Shown here piece after piece: positions 42,311 to 43,573 of a DNA stretch of 43,573 nt. A program made the position numbers and the translations under genes. Below the pieces are notes generated by a model. The model did not search any database, was not told the DNA's origin, and saw nothing but the letters and a program-made list of their open reading frames with translations. Every line of letters starts with the position of its first letter. Position 1 is the stretch's first letter. The DNA is from a virus (lineage: Duplodnaviria > Caudoviricetes). The stretch spans positions 1 to 43,573 of the IMG/VR virus record IMGVR_UViG_3300048577_000543. The stretch is one strand, 5' to 3'.

Positions 42311-42549
42311 AGACTAAGGGGCTATTGACATTCCTTACCTTAGCTTCTTTTCGTCGTTTATCGAAGGTGGAGTTGGGGGCACATTGTAAGTTACCTCCTG
42401 CCACTGCCCATAACATAGTGGTAAAGCTCATTGAAAAAGGGCTTATAAAACAGTATTCGTCGCCGCAAGGGGGTAATAGGACTGATTTGGAAATTACTGT
42501 AAAAGGGAGTGAGATAGCAAAAATGATTGCTACTAAACTTACAGCCTAA
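42250..42549 (+). CDS. MarR-like winged-helix transcription regulator
   Basis: [30 protein letters not shown]....GGNR...ITVKG. Confidence 0.85.
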   Translation: MDAIIRFKCALEFAHEQCGVETKGLLTFLTLASFRRLSKVELGAHCKLPPATAHNIVVKLIEKGLIKQYSSPQGGNRTDLEITVKGSEIAKMIATKLTA

Positions 42550-42565
42550 AAAAGGGGGTCAGCCC

Positions 42566-43573
42566 ATGGGGATACACCTTAGGGGTAGTATTTGGTACTA
42601 CAAGTTTAAGGTCCGGGGCCATGTAATTAGGGGTTCCACTTCTACATCCAATGAGCAAGAAGCCCTAGAGTTTGAAACTAAGATAAAGAAACAAGTTTTG
42701 GCAGATTTAGAGGAGTCTGCTAAAGAAAAAAGTTCCATGAAGCTAGCGGGGGCTATTGACAGAATACAAGCTGAAAGGTTTGTTTACAATAAGTCTCCAG
42801 ATACCCCAAAAGCGCACCTTCTAGCCATTAAGGACATCTTAGGGGACATATCTTTAGATGAGATAGACACCTCTTCGATATCCTTAATCAAAAAACACCT
42901 GTTAGGCTTGAAAAAGCAACCTGCTACAGTCAACAGGTATCTAGCGGCATTAAAAACGCTCCTTATAACAGCAAATAGGGACTGGAGAACATTACTAACT
43001 CTCCCGCCCCGGATTAGCCTTTTCCCTGAACCTCAAGGGCGCATGAAGACCTTCTCCAGCGAAGAGGAGGAGGCCATAATTCATTACTGCCTAACGGCAC
43101 AAGGGGAAGCCATGCTAGATTTGGCGTGGTTGTTTCCCTTTCTTTGCTCCTCCGGGCTGCGCTTAGGGGAGGCCGTAGCTATAACCTATGCAACCCATAT
43201 CGATTTAGGCAGCCAGGAAGTCACCCTAGAGGCCGGGATGACTAAGACCTCCCGGAAGCGCTCTGTGCCTCTATCCGAGCTTGGTGCGGCTATTCTTTCG
43301 GACCGTAATACCGGGAGGCCTAGACCGTTCATGCTGCGAGGAAATAGTTATACAAAAGCATTCTCTATGGTCAAAAAGGCCTTGGGGATGGACAAAGACC
43401 CCGACACCTGCCTTCATGCGTGTCGTCACACATTTGCGTCCAGGTTGCGAAACAAAGGGGGCGACATGCACATTGTGGGTAAGCTCCTAGGTCACTCCAG
43501 CACCTACATGACGGACAGGTATGCCCACATATGGACAGAAACCCTCAAAGAAACTGTTAAGTTACTCGATTGA
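42566..43573 (+). CDS. int: Tyrosine recombinase / phage integrase
   Basis: Arm-binding-like N-terminus WYYKFKVRG...RGST; catalytic SGLRLGE, KT, HACRH, LLGH, RYAH; ATG 42566 after AGGGGG. Confidence 0.96.
   Translation: MGIHLRGSIWYYKFKVRGHVIRGSTSTSNEQEALEFETKIKKQVLADLEESAKEKSSMKLAGAIDRIQAERFVYNKSPDTPKAHLLAIKDILGDISLDEIDTSSISLIKKHLLGLKKQPATVNRYLAALKTLLITANRDWRTLLTLPPRISLFPEPQGRMKTFSSEEEEAIIHYCLTAQGEAMLDLAWLFPFLCSSGLRLGEAVAITYATHIDLGSQEVTLEAGMTKTSRKRSVPLSELGAAILSDRNTGRPRPFMLRGNSYTKAFSMVKKALGMDKDPDTCLHACRHTFASRLRNKGGDMHIVGKLLGHSSTYMTDRYAHIWTETLKETVKLLD

Larger units (their letters stand above)
1899..43573 (+). mobile_element. Integrated T7-like (Autographiviridae-type) prophage at the selC 3' end; attR expected just downstream of the window
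   Basis: Abrupt GC drop after the tRNA CCA; T7-like replication and virion gene sets; tyrosine integrase at the distal end; permuted order RNAP...terminase, early genes, int. Confidence 0.95.

Overview
The first ~1.9 kb is GC-rich host DNA: a methyl-accepting chemotaxis protein (MCP) gene followed by an intact tRNA-Sec (selC, 1805-1898). From the tRNA 3' end to the end of the window lies a lower-GC T7-like (Autographiviridae-type) prophage, almost entirely on the + strand. It carries a single-subunit RNA polymerase (RNAP), SSB, endonuclease I, primase-helicase, family A DNA polymerase, exonuclease, an anaerobic class III ribonucleotide reductase (NrdD/NrdG), dispersed lysis genes, a full T7-type head/tail/ejection module and both terminase subunits. 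These are followed by an RcsF-like lipoprotein, a probable genome-end region, early genes (including ArdA), a MarR-like regulator and a tyrosine integrase. The gene order is permuted at an attP between the integrase and the RNAP, so integration separates the RNAP from the early region; attR should lie just beyond the window and cannot be seen. The host is plausibly an anaerobic selenoprotein-using bacterium such as a Desulfovibrionaceae member (inference only). The most notable signals are: (1) a CCAA-N2-TTGG palindrome at five control points, a candidate lysogeny operator or phage promoter; (2) a signal-peptide mini-ORF joined in frame to the endolysin across a single UGA, with a hairpin downstream and a C-x-x-(UGA) motif, in a phage inserted at tRNA-Sec; (3) a large terminase whose conserved N-terminus requires an ATC start; (4) an RcsF-like moron; (5) an H-type pseudoknot where T7 has its post-capsid terminator. 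All calls come from reading the sequence; no database searches were run.
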